From Chlorokybus atmophyticus (taxonomy: Eukaryota > Plantae > Mesostigma and Chlorokybus algae): DNA of 64,000 nucleotides. Positions 12,620 through 28,230 of the stretch are shown here, in pieces. The notes under the pieces are model-generated. The model ran no database searches, was not told where the DNA came from, and saw only the letters and a list, made by a program, of their open reading frames with translations. The translations under genes and the position numbers were made by a program. The first letter of the stretch is position 1. Each line of letters opens with the position of its first letter. The stretch covers positions 975,490 to 1,039,489 of the forward strand of contig RHPI01003369.1 of assembly GCA_009103225.1 (NCBI GenBank), read 5' to 3'.

Positions 12620-15600
12620 ATAACGCTGAGTCTGACCTTTTTCTCCATGAGCGACGGGAGTGGCTGAGAGCGATTGCAACAGCTTCCTGATCGGCCTGCG
12701 TGAGCCGTGACATCGCATTCGTCAGGTCGCTTACAGGCTAGGTCTATATGGCTGGCTGGCTACGTCAACGTGCATTAACACCTGGAGCCGCTAGGAAGAG
12801 TCTTTCCATGGTGCCACGCGTGCAGCACCTCACACAACCGCGGTAGGTGCAGCGAAGCCCACTGCGCCAGAACAGCCGCAGAAAAGTCTGCGAATTCGGG
12901 AGGCAGCGCTTGCACCGCCTCCACCACGTCATCGAGTGGAGGCCAGGCAGCTAGCAATGCCAGCAAGCCTGCACGAAGCATTGATATGATTGTAACAAAG
13001 CCATGGAATAAGTGCCAACCCTAATGCCAGGCGGCTAGCAATGCCAGCTAGCCTGAAGGAAGGTATTGAGATTATTGCAAAGAAGCCATGAGATGAGTTC
13101 CAACCAATGAGACACAAATTTGTGACTGTAACGTGCTGACATGACGCCAATGACGGCTTGCCAATCGGGCAATGACTGTGCACCTGCAAGTGCATCAGCG
13201 TGTTGGAATGAGGTTGCTGACAGGGCTGCCACAATCAATGGCTGAGCGGCATCTTGCGGGCGCTGCTGCAGTTCACAAGCGAACAGCTTCCAAAACACCG
13301 ATTGCTCCCACGACTCCCAGTTCACGCTACTGGCCACCAATTTCGAAACGTTTTCGCTTGACGTGCCGAAGATGGCATACTCCCCCAATGACAAGCTGCA
13401 CAGGTACCGCAGCAATTCAACGGGATCGAGTGTTGACACCAACAGGTACACTACGTCCACACTTCCCACGGCCAAATCCGGCAAGAAGCGGAAGACGGCA
13501 GGAAGAACAGCCAACAGCAGGTATGGGCTCCATGACAAACAACTTCTCAAGTCGTTCACAATGTGGACTCCAGGTTCGGTTGACTCTTTGGAGGCATGTG
13601 TCGCCGCACAAAATGCTCTGTACGCATGAAACGATTGACTGCCACCAGATGCGGGTGCAGCATGTGTACCGACATTCCCATTGCTGTCTATGCCTGCTTT
13701 GCGCAGCGCTGCAGCCGCAGATGTGACCGGTAACAGTGTCTTTGCCCATGCACGAAATTGCTGGCTGTCCTGCTTTGGAGACTCCACATGTTCTGGCGGT
13801 ACTTCCGATATAGCCTCCGCTGCAGCATAACACAGCAGAGAGACTCCAACCGGTGCTCTCAAGTGATGGAAGGCTGTTAGCATCTGCAGCAGAGCAGAGT
13901 GCGTGCTGGCAAAGTACTGCTTGACAATGCAGTCTGTCAGCGATTGCACAGTGTGCACGTCAGGCAGACAGTCCATCTCCGGAAACAGGCGCTGATTCCC
14001 GCTACTTGTCATGCTCAGGATGTCATTGGCTAAGCGGTCAGTGACGGATGGATCATCAACTTTTGCATGGATGCTGATCAGCTGACTGAGGGCATCAACT
14101 GCTTCTGGACTGCTGCCGGTTGCAACAACAGCAGCTAATTTGGCAATGGCTTCGTCCAGAGAGGGGCCAACTGGTTCCTGCGCTGGAGCCTCAGCCTTTG
14201 GTTTGCCCTCAATCTTTACTTTCGAATCTTTCCCCGCATCTGCGTCCTTGGCCATCTTCAGACCAGCGTGGAGCTCAGCGTGCGGCTTGCAGTACTGAGG
14301 GAATAGCGTCTTCAACTTCTCCCGCACTTTGGCATCCAGCAGGTGGCATTCTGTTAACAAGGCAAGGGAGCGCACGACACCCCGCGTGACAAGTGTTTCT
14401 ACCGCTGATGCCACCCCCCGCTGAGTGACCTCCTTATGCGCTGGGTCGTAAGTCTCCATGGCGGTCAGCAGAAACTTCAGCAACGCATTGGTGATGTCTA
14501 TGTACTTGGGTATGGAATGGACCATCAGCAGGATGCCTGGCTCAATGTTCATGATGTTATCAGACTTTGGATCGAAAAACAGCCAGTCCCAGAACAAGGC
14601 CAGGTGGGCAGCGGCTTCTGCCTGAGGTGTGCGCGTACACTTCAGCAGCCAACCGATAATCGCCCATCGAGGGACAATATCTGACTGAAGAAGTTGGTTG
14701 GTTGGATGGTACACGCCACACGTGTACCTTATGAGGTCAGGGACAAGCGCATCGCTTTCAGCCGTGCTCAAAAACCGCTGGCCAAAAGCTTGCTGGTGCC
14801 GCATCTGCCTCCCCATCTTGACCTTTACACACACCACACATGTAAATTCAAAAGATAGCAGCGCCGTTTGCTCTGTTAACATGTCCCCTTCCTGGAATGA
14901 ACCCCTACACAATCACAGTGCACGACAGTACCTGTGTAAGAATGAACCGAAACTGAGCCTCCATGTCGGGTGTGAGACGCGACTGTAAAAAGCGGGAAGG
15001 TGTTCGCCAAGTATAAATCTGTGAGAGGTCGGAGAATGCGGGATGTTTGAATGCTGCAGCATTTGCATGGAGATCCCGCCAGATGGGTTCAAACTCTGGC
15101 ATGCGCGCAACCTCCTGCACCAAGCAAGCATAAAAATTGACAAAGCACAGCAACACTTCATTGTGTGTTAGCATCAGTTGTTGAAGGGTGATCAGCTGCA
15201 GGCGGAAGGAGAGGAAGGAAAAGGAAAGGCATCCGCATGCATGGACTACTGACCTGCAGTGCTCGCACAAGATCACGCCCTATGCTCATGCAATCAGCAA
15301 AACGCTCACGCAAGATCTGGACGCAAAGTGCGGCCTCATGTGCCCGAAATTCAGCAAGCGCTGGTGCGCGTGCATGATCAGGCAGCAGCCGCAGGAGGGT
15401 ATACAAGACCTGCAGCGGTGGCATCAGCAAGGCTTACAGTGATGCTCCACTGATCCATGCAAAATGCTTACCATGGAGACAAACGCTGGCTTTTCAAACC
15501 ACCAAGGTTGCTCTGATCTCAAGAGCTCAACAACCTGTCTGGCCAACCAGACATTAGGATGACTGAGGTCCCCAATGGCTACCTGCAGATTGGCCCTCAT

Positions 15601-17092
15601 CAGCCCAGAGTTCTTGCACTCCACCCTAGATTGCATGCCATATTACATTGAAGTACACAGCTCAGATGAGCTTGGCTACTTACCTGTCTCATGATAATTT
15701 GCAGAAGCACATCTGTTTCTGGTGCATTCTGTTGCGCTAACTTGGCCAGCACCCATAACAGCTGCGCACGAACACCTTCAGGAAGCCTGAGATACTTCTC
15801 AATTGCAATGCGCTGAAGTGCACGGACACCACCTGCTTGGCTGCAGACAATAATTGATCTGTCACAGGCTGCAGCACTCGGGGAATAGCCTCGGCAAGCA
15901 GCACATACAACGACCAAGGCACACATAGCAACTCTGTTTTACAAAACAGACCCACCCTTCTCGACCGCTGGCTATAAGCAAATCAAACCACCGTGCTGCA
16001 CTTTTGCTGTCAGTCAGCACCAGGAATGCGAGTCCAGCAGTGACGTCTGCAAGCTTTTGCGGGCCTTCGCCAATGCTCTCTAAAATATGTGCCACAGCTT
16101 CCGCATGTTGCAGCTTGCCAATGTTCTCCTCTAAGCTGGTTGCTAGCACGCTCCAGGCACGCTCTGTACATGATTGCGTGTCAAAACACTCCAACAAACG
16201 CAAGGTACTGAAGTGAGTGCACACAAACGAGAAGGGTTCTTACCAAGTTCATCGGGAGGATCGCGTTCGCTGCGTAGGAGAAGCTGGCGAGAGTGACCTG
16301 CCAGGAATGCAGTAGCAATCAGTGTGCAAGCAGGGCATGTGCATGGCGCACCGTTAACGGAACTGCAGGACAGTGCTGCACCAGAGGTAGGTGGGGATGG
16401 GTTGTTTTGCTTCAAGAAAAACACAACCTCAGCAAGCTTTGCATGGTAGCAAGTGCAACAGGCTACACCAGCGACTGTCGTAAGTGTGCCATGACATGAA
16501 TATGTGATAAAGTTCTCCACATCCCAAGGATGCATGGACAGTTTCAAGTCTCATTGCTAGGCTCAAAAGCAAGCGTGCCAATGCTTCGTACATGTTGTAC
16601 ATCTCAGCTTGATCTCTCATACGAGATGCCAACCCATCTGGCATATCAAGCGCACATCTAATGACAAACCACCTGTCTGCCACTAATTTGCAACACAGTT
16701 CAGCTTCAAACGGGCGTAATGAAGCACTCGTACTGCTTCACTTGTTGTACTCAACAACAAAGGGGGCGTGCGTCACGTTACAACGTGTTAAGTTTTGAAC
16801 CAACAAACAATGCCACCGTTGCTGATAACCACTGCTGTACACTGCCTGATAATGCAGTTATTTTTAGGTACTGAAGCAGAAACATGCTTCTTGAAGCAGT
16901 CGCTGGCATGCACCTTGCAGATTCTCACACATTTACATTGCCAACAACTGGATTCTGGTCCAATGCACGCAAAAACTCAGCAAGTCCTAAACCACAATGC
17001 TCACCAGAACAGGCTGAAGCAGGGGCAGAAGCAGCCAGCGCTGCTACAGCGCCACGAGCGACTGCAGAGATCTTGTCAGGAGGCCTCGGCAT
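12620..17092 (-). CDS. INTS3: Integrator complex subunit 3 (SOSS-A), multi-exon
   Basis: Large exon 13035-14912 contains DLIRYTCGVYHPTNQLLQSDIVPRWAIIGWLL...ALFWDWLFFDPKSDNIMNIEPGILLMVHSIPKYIDITNALLKFL. Other exons give VAIGDLSHPNVWLA, DCMSIGRDLVRALQ and FLQSRLTPDMEAQFRFILTQV. Start and end are approximate. Confidence 0.9.
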
Positions 17093-18274
17093 TACTTCTG
17101 TGCCCGGCAAAACCACCCGCCCCCGCTGCCGCCGCCGTCCGCCTCCATGCAGGACGACACCGCCGCCCCACACTTGGAAGCAGTCAGCAGTAATATATAC
17201 TATACTGCAAGGGGGAACTCTCCTAACGTTAGCCGTTGCACCGCTTGACGCTGACACGTCCGCCTGCATAACGTGCATCACTGGCTACTGCGGGGGCTGT
17301 GAATCACAAGCTGCGATGCTAAGGTTGGTCGCCAGCTTTCAAGCGTTGAGTAGGGTTTTTCCAGCGGCAACTTTTACGCTTTTACGCATCGAGTGGCCCG
17401 CGGCCAAGCGATCCTACGGCTGACGCAACTTCCATGCCACTTTCTTGGCAGGCTGCAGCTTGCCGTTTGCAATCAGTGCGTCACGCATGGCTTCTTGGAC
17501 GTACGTGACGTCAGCTACGTGACGAGTAACGCAGCCGGCTGTTGATGAATCCACAAGTCTAAGTCTCAGCACGGATTCCTCAAAACGCGCTGCGAAACCG
17601 GCAGCAGGGTTTTCATGGTTTTGTCGAACAGATTTCGAGCCTAAGCACCAGGCCAAGCCAGGCACGGGCTAGCCCAGGCCAGGCCGGCCCAGGCCAGGAT
17701 AGAGTAGCTCAGGCCGGGCTAGGGCAAAGTGTCGTGTAAATCGTCATGAGTGTTACTGTAGGATGGCGGACGTGGGGTATGTGACGGCTGAGGTGCAGCT
17801 GTTGCTAGTCGCTTGCATCCTGCAGGTGCGGCCCAGGTGCTGCACTGGTACACTTTCTGCTTGCAGGTTGGTGAAGTTGGTGCTCTTTGCAGTCAATCAG
17901 TATTGCATGTACAAATACTCTGCTTGCAGCTGCTGTACTTGTTAAAGCTGAATACAAGTATGCACGCTGCCAATCAGCATACCTTGCACGTTTGCTGCCT
18001 TGCAACGGCAGCTGCGGGTTGGATTAACAACCGCAAGCCGACCGTTGAGCTCATAGCAACTGGTTGCGCATTCAAACATCACAAACACATCAATCGTACG
18101 ATGACAGCAAATGCATGCGAGTGAGCATGTTCCTCGTTCATTGAGTGTTGGCAGCTGCAGCAGTCCTGCCAATCTCAGCACTTGGTTAGCATGCACAACT
18201 AACGTGTCACCGGCAGCACACTCGCAAGCTTACACATACATGCATGCTGATGTTGCGCTTTCACGGAGGTTGAC

Positions 18275-21200
18275 ATGGCGACGCGTGAAGCGGCTGCATC
18301 AGGAAGTGCGCCAGCATCAACATCCCAGACAACGTCAATATACTCCCTTTGCTCATGCAAACATCTCAAAGCATACAAACGTGCCCGTGGCGCTCACCCC
18401 TTCCGAGGCGTGCAGGTGGGGGTTCAAACTCAGTACACATTATACAGTGTGTTGTGTGTTACCAAGGAAAGCAGGTATCAACGGTGCTCAGATGGGTCTT
18501 TATGACAATCATCGGCACTGCAGGCATTGCTGTACAAGGGCGGTGTTGGACGAGCGAACGGCCCGGACCCAGCGCACTGCGAGATGTGCTCATCCACATC
18601 GGGTCACCTTTACGCCTGCATGGGGTGTGGAACAGTGGCGTGCCGAGCCCGCGGACACGCATTGCAGGTAATCAAGAGTGTACCGTGTGGACCACTAATT
18701 CTGAAGTAGCATTAGTTGGGTAAAAGTTACCTGCTGGAAAGTAGCGTAGCAGCTTTCGTTGGTCTAGCAAGCAAGCTGTGAGTGGGCAGATTGGTAAGGT
18801 GGTACTATTGGGCACTACTGCTGGGTTGGTCCGGTGATTGTGTTGTTCGCAAGAACACAATGCTTGTGCAGCACATGTTGGCGGCGGGAGCGGGTCACGA
18901 GCTGTGGCTGGACGTGGAGCGGTGGGAGCTATGGTGCGAGGGCTGCGGGGGAGCAGAGGCTGGGACGGACAGAAGGCCAACAGGAGGAGGAGATTACGTG
19001 TACGATGCGGACTTTGATCGTGCAGTGCTAGGTGCAAGGGTGTTGACGCGCAAGGACCCTCCGAACTCGCCATCCATCCCGGCCTCGGGTTCCCCTCGCT
19101 ACACCCTGCGAGACTCGAGCGGCAGCAACCCTAACTCCCCGCGTGTCGGAGACTCCCCTCATGCACACAACATCAACATCAGCACAACGACCAAACGCAA
19201 GCGCGCGACAGCGTACCGCATTTGGGCCCCAACGCAAGAGGTATTGTGCACATGCAAGGTCATGAACGTGGCAGTGCTTTGGCAGTGCTTGGCAGAGCTT
19301 TTGTTGCGTGTACCCTTGTCACTCCAGCTTTGGTCACTTGGTAGTCAACTTTTTGTTTCATGAGGACAAGTTGTTGTCCAACAAATGAGTGTTACTTGCC
19401 ACAAAGATGGCAAGCTTAGGATTGACGCATTGCATGCAAACCAGGAGCTTGCGATGCTAGAGAACGCGTCACGTGCGATTGAACCCTCGATGAAAGACGT
19501 GCCATTGGGTGTCCGCGGCCTCAACAACCTTGGCAACACTTGTTTTATGAACTCCGTTCTTCAGGTCAAAGTCGGCTGTTACAAGGAATGTGTGACTAAC
19601 ATGTCTGCATATATTGCGAACGCATATAACCAACAACATCACGCAGGCACTCCTGCATGCACCTCCCGTGGCGTCCTTCTTCCTGTCCGCCCGCCATGCT
19701 CGTGAGCAGTGCGCAGCTGGCAGCAACTCCATAAAACCCATCAACAATACTAGCAGCACAGCCAACGCCAAACGGGTTGCCACCAGTACCCACCCATGCC
19801 TTGCGTGCGATCTGGACTCCCTTTTTCATGCCGCTTATACTGGCGATGTATCGCCAGTATCACCTTCAGACTTCCTGTACAGGTAGGTAGTGTATCCCAA
19901 CAATTACTGCCAATGTCAACCATGTCACGGCTCTTACGCACCCATCTTTGACAGCTGGTGGAAGTCAGCGAGGGCGCTGGCATCGTACGCTCAACAAGAT
20001 GCTCATGAGTTCCTGATATCGGCACTAGGATCGCTGCATTCATCCTCGGGGATGATCAAAGAACACGGTGCGCTGCCGATGTCTCCACGACGCGGACCTG
20101 GTGGTGATTGCCCGTGCTTCGTGCATCGCAGCTTTGGAGGCAAGTGTGTATGCGCATGCATGCATGTGGCCTGCTTGCAAGTGTTTAGGTGGGCTCTGTT
20201 CATCAGGTAAATTGCGGAGTGACGTAACGTGCACGGCATGCGGTTTCACTTCCACCACTGTTGACCCTTGCATCGATATCTCCTTGGACCTTGAGCCACA
20301 CAACAGCCATGCTGCAAACGGTGGAGACAACGGTTACGGTGCTGACGACAACAGTGATGGCAACAAGGAGGGAAACAAGCATGCCCTGGACGCCAACGGG
20401 ACTGGTGAGTCTCACATCGGAATATTCAACTGGCTGTGTTCATGCTGTTGTTCATGTTGTTCATGTTCATGCTGCGTGCACATGACTCATGACTCAGTGG
20501 TGTGCAGACAAGGCTGCCAATGGAGACAGCAGCACTGGTGGAAACGCAAAGCCACAGCAGCAGCGTGTAACGCTGGCAGGCTGCCTCGCGCGCTTCGTGC
20601 GGGCGGAGAGGCTGGCAGGGGGCGAACAGGTGGTGTTCTGTGGGCGTTGCCGTGCACGGAGACAGGTAACAATAAGTGTGCCAGATTGAATGGGAAGAAG
20701 GTCGCACAGCATGCGACCAACTAATCACAACTTGACGCGATGCAGGCGTTGAAGCAGCTCTCTTTTCGCCAGCTGTCGATCGTGCTTTGCCTTCACTTGA
20801 AGCGCTTTGAGCACTCATCCGCACGCAAAGTGAGTCACTCCTCTGCTTTTGGTCTACATACCTTAGTGCACTGTGTACATGTCAATGGTTGATTCCCTTA
20901 TGACTGATGTGAGCTGACATAGCTGCCGAAAGAGTTACTGAACCGCACCAGTCAGTGAGATTTGTTGCGAGTAGGAGTCGTCAAAGATTGATACGTACGT
21001 GTCCTTCCCGCTCTCCACCCTCGACATGACACCATACCTGTCATCGACCGTGCTGCGCGCACGACACGGTGGCCGGGTGCCCTCACCCCCACCCTCTGTA
21101 TCCGTGAATGCAACGTACGTGGCATAGCGACAACATCCTGCTAAGAACGTAGCGTTCATCGCGCTCACTACATCATGTTCAACTACAGGTACTCGCTGTT

Positions 21201-21772
21201 CGCGGTGGTGTCGCATGCAGGGAAAGGGCTCTCCTCCGGCCATTATGTCACGTACGTGCGCTCGCGAGGCTCGGGCGCCCCCGCTGGGAAGGGATGGTGA
21301 GATGCCGACAATCGCTTGGTCTGGGCTCAAGTAGTATGTGTGGCATGTGTATGGTGACTGGAAGAGTTCTTCCCTTCAGGTACAAGTGTGATGACGCACG
21401 GGTCACACGGGCCAGTGAAGAAGAGGTTAGGAATGCTCAGGCGTACCTGCTGTTTTATGTACAGAAGGTAAGAACCGCAAGCAATGCCAATGTGCCGGAA
21501 CAACAAGCTCTCAAATTCATATCCGAGAGTCAAGCAACACACATTATGTTGCGTGTTACGGCTTTTTCTGTCACAACCAGGTGCTGCAGTATCAGGCGAA
21601 GCCCCTTGCGCCCGCCGTGTCTGCAGCTGGTGGCGGAGAGGCAGCAAATTCATTAGCGAATGATGCCAGCTGTGCAGCCGTTGCCGGGTCTGGCTCCGCG
21701 GGACGCTCTCCGCTTGGCGTGATGGTGCAAAGGGACGTAGGGAGAGAACAGGGGAAGAGCGGCTTTGGTTGA
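18275..21772 (+). CDS. UBP22: Ubiquitin carboxyl-terminal hydrolase UBP22/USP22-like (zf-UBP plus USP catalytic domain)
   Basis: CKHLKAYK N-terminus; zf-UBP (CEMC..LYACMGCGTVAC...H; LWCEGC..DYVYD); Cys box GLNNLGNTCFMNSVLQ; QQDAHEF; LRSDVTCTACG; His box HAGKGLSSGHYVTYVR; YKCDD; AYLLFY. Confidence 0.92.
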
Positions 21773-21973
21773 GGGGAGAATGACAGGTGTTGGTTGTTGT
21801 TGTTAACGCTGCAGGCACTCAGAGGCACGTAGCTGCACCGTTGTGACCGTAGGGGATCTTCGTGAGTGTGCTGTTTAGCTACGTTTCTCGTACGTTTGTC
21901 GGTGCACGTTCAGCCTCCACCCATGCAATGCATGAACCTTGTGGACTCGGTCTCTGCGCGCGCACAAGAAAGC

Positions 21974-23249
<1,276 letters not shown>

Positions 23250-25819
23250 NCGCTGCAGGTAGGTCTGTACCTGTTACTGTTATCGGCATTGCTGCTGTCG
23301 TTGTTGTTCTCATTGGGGCGCGCCTGCACACACACTCGCGCACATGCACGCTTGTGCATGCATGTACACTGGCGAACACATGTACACACAGGCGCACAGA
23401 AACACGCCAGCATGCCGGTGTTAATGGTCCATGACAATGCTGTCTCCGCAACCAACCGCACATCGTCCACATTCTGCTCACCCGTAAGCACCTGCACTCC
23501 CTGACGCACCAAGTCACACCTCTACTCGCACACGCGCACGCACACACGCCGATCGCCTGGCCCGGTGGAGGACCCTCGGCGGCCGCCCCTTTGCTCCTCC
23601 TGGCCAAAAATTAACGACATTAGCAATGCCTTTGACGCCCTTCGGGTGAGCCAGCACCTCAACCAAGTGCATATATATTCGCATGTACGCGGTATGTGTC
23701 TGCTTGCGTGTGTGAGGAGTTGCATCATGAGCATCTGTTGGTCTGTGTGTGCGTGCGCCGTCAGGGCAAGTCGGTGTGCGAGATTTGCACACATGCATCG
23801 AAGGTTTGTGGATGCCTACGTCTGAGGATGTGTGTGTGCATGTGCTTCAGTGGGTGCTTAAGTGTGTATAATAAACACACACAAGCAGTGCATGCGCACT
23901 ATGCACAAGTATTAGCAGGTGTGGACGTGTGGTCAATCATTGTCATTTCGTGCTTGTGCGAAAACGTTTGTGGGAGCAGTTGTGCTGCACGGGATGCGCA
24001 TGGCAGTTCAGCTCGGGGGAGGTGTCATATGCAGCAGTGGTAGCAGTCTTAGCATGGTACATTTTCACACAGCTTGAAATGCAGTCATTGCATGCATTTG
24101 CGTCAATCAGTATCGTACACAACAATGTATGATGTGCATTATCATGTTGTCGGCTGCCTCATTCTGTTCATCAGCGGGTCAAAGCCGTGATCTCAATTTG
24201 ATTACTCAATACTAGTGTGTGCATGCGCGTTTGTGTGCACGTGCTTGCGCATGGCAGCGTGTGGACTGCATTTGTAGAGAGTAAGTAAGATCAATGCGCT
24301 CACTTCCGAACATGATTACTCGCACACAGCACATTCTCATACAGATGAAACTACTAGTACAGCAACATCGTCACACAAAGCTACGCATTGTCAGCCATGC
24401 CTATCACACTGCACCAGTAAACTCACACGCACGCCAGCACACCTACACATCTACACGGCTGCAGCCGCCAGCACAGCGTCTGCTTCCGACGTTGGCGCTG
24501 CCGTCTGGACTGGTCCCCAGCCTGGTACGGCCGCCACGACCGCCGCCCCACGCTCCAGGATGGTGATGCCATGAGCACGCTGCAGCGCGCAAGCCAGCGT
24601 CCTCCTAGCGCACATGTGTGATGACGTCGTGAAAACTCTGGCCCAGGGTGCCGTGCGTCTCGGCGGCGAGGGGATGGAACACAAGTGAAGACGGATGCAA
24701 CTGAAGGCGGACGGACGCGATGGACGAGTGCAAATACATGGGGAGAGGCAGTGCAATGCCCGTGTTGTTGAAGTCAAGAGCACATGGGCGCAGCAACTCA
24801 GGGACCTTTTTGCCGAGCATGCCAAGGTCTACGGCCTTGGTACGGCTGACGAAACCCTAAGTATGCAGTGGCAAAGGTCCTTGTTACTGGCAAAGGCAGC
24901 TGCGACAGCAGTTGTCATGGTGGCGGAGGTTGGGAGCGGTGGCGGGGGGAGTCTGCTGGTCGTTGTGGTCATCAACGTGGTCCTACTCAAGGCTGACTAC
25001 TGGCGATGTGGCAGGTAATGCATGCTTGCAGACTGACAGGGTTGGGCAGTAGAGTAGTGAAGTAAGTAGTAGGTAGTGTGCACCTAGCCCGGTGGTCGTG
25101 AGAGGTGAGTGTGAATGTGGTTAAGTGTTTATGCATGTGTCGTGCATGTTGCATACATCACGTGCGTATTCTGAACACAGGGGTACTCCACATGGAGAGT
25201 GTTGATATGCTGATGGTGCTAACAATGCTGCCGCTTACCTCCACGTGCACCACCATGGGAATTGAAACGAGATTAATCAGCATCAATAACAGATCGTTCA
25301 ACAGTTACAACACACTACTGCGATAGACTTTGTCGGGAATGTCTCAAATCTGCGGTATAGTCGGTGTATACAGTATATGCAATGCGTTGATCATACCATG
25401 ATAGTTGTAGCCACCTGTTTGGTGCCTACAATATGCAAGTGGCAGCAAATGCTGCGGTGATTGCTGGCACTGCCATGATGGTGTAATGCTGCGCATTGTG
25501 CAGCGCTGTCTGATGCTGTATGTGGTTGTGGCTGCGCTGCGGTTTGATGAGTGTGGTGCGAGGTAGCGCGCAACTGGCTATGATGCACTCATGTACATGT
25601 GTGCGTAGAGTACATAGATGTGTGTGACAATGGCCATGTCATACCATCAGTGACATTTGCGAATGGCAGAGTGCAACTAACAAACCCAACCGCAACACAA
25701 CACAACACAACACACTTGCATGGTGCCAGAAGCATGAGAGATGCGTCTGCAAACCAGACCAAACAACTAACTACGAGCTGTACAAGAAGCACACGACGCC
25801 AAAACTCCTCCTGCGGACC

Positions 25820-28230
25820 CTACTCCTGCAACAAATCCGTCGGGGTGGGCTTGCGTATAAGTCCCATCACGCCAGCTTCCACGGTATCTTCCGTCAACGG
25901 CATGGACGCCACATCCTCATTGCTGGTGTTGACCAAGTCCAGCATGCCCGCTGGCAGTGTGGTGTCACTGAGCTTGTGGTGATACATATGGAGCAGGCGC
26001 GCATTGAGGGCCAGCGACTCGGACAAGCGGTGCATGAAGTTCAGCAGCGCGATGACTTCGTTGCGTTGGAGGTCAAGAGAAGGAATTGGTTGATTTTCGA
26101 CAGAGAATAGGATTTTCAATGAGGTGGCGATGCCTAGAATCTGCAGCTTGCCCCAAAGCCGACACTTCTCGCAGCCAACGCAGTCCATGATGGCCGTGAT
26201 GTTCTGAAACCTCGCTTTAAGTTGCTCCATAAGCAGCGGACCGTCCTGGCCACGCCATAGAGTGCCCTCATCAAACGGCAACGGACAGGAAGCCTGCACA
26301 GCACCATCATGTCATTGACACAACACGAACACACAAACACATGAGATCGAACTGAACACATACCTGCAAAGCGGTGCTGTGAACAAGATCCTTAACAAGC
26401 TGCAGTGTTCGTGCATCTTCAGCTTGCTGGCCAGTATCATAGCTGGCTTGAGCAAGGTAGTCTGCTGCCTTGGTGACGGCTCGCGTGACAAAGAGAAAGG
26501 CAAAGTACAAGTTCTCTTGTCTCTCTGTAAACTGTCCAACACGGTCCCAGTAGAGCTGCAGGTGCGGTCCCCACAGTCCTTTGTCCTCGTCAAGAAGATA
26601 CTCTCCAGCTATGTGTATGGAAATGGAAGTATGCATGCCAGATATCAGCTTGTGAAACACCCGCGCCTCCGTGCAGGTGTCCTTATCACTCTCATTGGAG
26701 AAGAAACAGTTCTCATGATAAATTGCGTCCCACACTCGCCTGGCCGTCTCGCCAACATAACCCGTGAACCTCTCGGGGTTCTGCCGCAGGTTCACGTAGA
26801 TGGTCTCGCAGCACGACTCGTTCTCCATCGTCCACGGGTTGTCGGTCTCTCTCCAACCACGAAACACGGTCTTGTCGAGGAAGAGGTCCGCCTTGCCGAG
26901 CGGGTTCTCAGCAACGCAAGCCTCGTCGTCCTCCTGAGGCTCACGCCACATCGATGGCACCTCCTCGTCCGGACACTCCTCGACGGAACAATCGCGCATG
27001 CGGCACATGGCGTCGTCAGGGAAGAAATGGCAATCGCCCCACAAGTTCACCTGTTTGCAACCAGTATTGCTATGACGCTGAGTGCTCTTCACAATTTCTT
27101 CGTTTGTGTAACAGCAGCATTTCAAGACATAACTGGATGTGCGGTAGCAGCAGCAGATCTACCTTGAAATATCTGAAGAAGGGGGTGGTCACCAGGTTGG
27201 ACAACACCGGCTTAAATACATCTTCATTGAGCTGGTCAACTGTCGCGTAATCACAACAACAATCGCTTACAGTGCCGTTGAGCTGAAAGCTAGCCTGCGG
27301 GGTCACAACAGCAACATTACTACTACACAACAACATGAATTGTGTAGACATGTGCAATTCTTGCAGATGGGTACATACATATCAACGACGGATCACTACA
27401 GGGTTGATACACAGGCATGTCGGCGCATGACAAGATTATGCAACCCTGGCTTTTAGCAGAACAGACGAGACCAACATTGGAACGCATCTGAAAATGGGTG
27501 CGACAGGTGCTGAGATTATCAGCGCCATACGATAAGAGACAACAGTCAAGGACCGCAGATTGCACCCTTTGAGCAAACGCTTCATCAGCAGCGACATCAG
27601 CATAAACAAGGCTACAGTTGTGAGGCAGAACAGCAACGCCGGGCTTTGGAACTTGCCATGTAAGGCTTGCCTATATCAGGACCACTGATGACATAAGTTG
27701 AGATAGTATCAACTAACATGGTGTACGACATGACAACGCAAGCTAGTATGCTGTTTGTTATCGGTGCAAGTGACAAAACCTGCTCAGTCGCAGGGACCAG
27801 CTGTACACAGGTACTGAAGGCCACTACACCGCAGCAACCTATTTACCTCTAGAACGTACTGTTGTCATCTCAGACATACAGCTGCGCATGCCACGACGCT
27901 GGCACATAGCTTCAGCTGACCAATCGTGAGAACAGGATGTATGCAATGATGTTGGCACGTCTTATTCACGACGATCTGTTTGTCCCAAGATATACTGTTG
28001 GTTGGCTACTGACTAGTACTGATATGAAACATTCCTATAACTGCACGGCATGTTGCAGCAAAAGGAACGACTGATACCTGGCAAGAACACGAATCATCAA
28101 CTCCTCCATGTACATCCCCTTTGTTCCATCCACGATAGTTCGCTGGCAAATACACACGCGCAGCAAGCACGGCGAGCACAACAACCAATACAGCCGCCGC
28201 CGCTGCTCGCCACCTCCCCTTCTCCTCCAT
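25820..28230 (-). CDS. ERO1: ER oxidoreductin 1, multi-exon
   Basis: Signal-anchor N-terminus; DCCCDYATVD; FFRYFK|VNLWGDCHFFPDDAMCRMRDCSV; YVNLRQNPERFTGY; LISGMHTSISIH; CVGCEKCRLWGKLQ active-site motif; LQRNEVIAL. Confidence 0.95.

Noticed and set aside
17640-17725. CCAGG pentamer cluster in the INTS3/UBP22 divergent promoter
   Set aside because: Short low-complexity run with no regular spacer structure, and not CRISPR-like.
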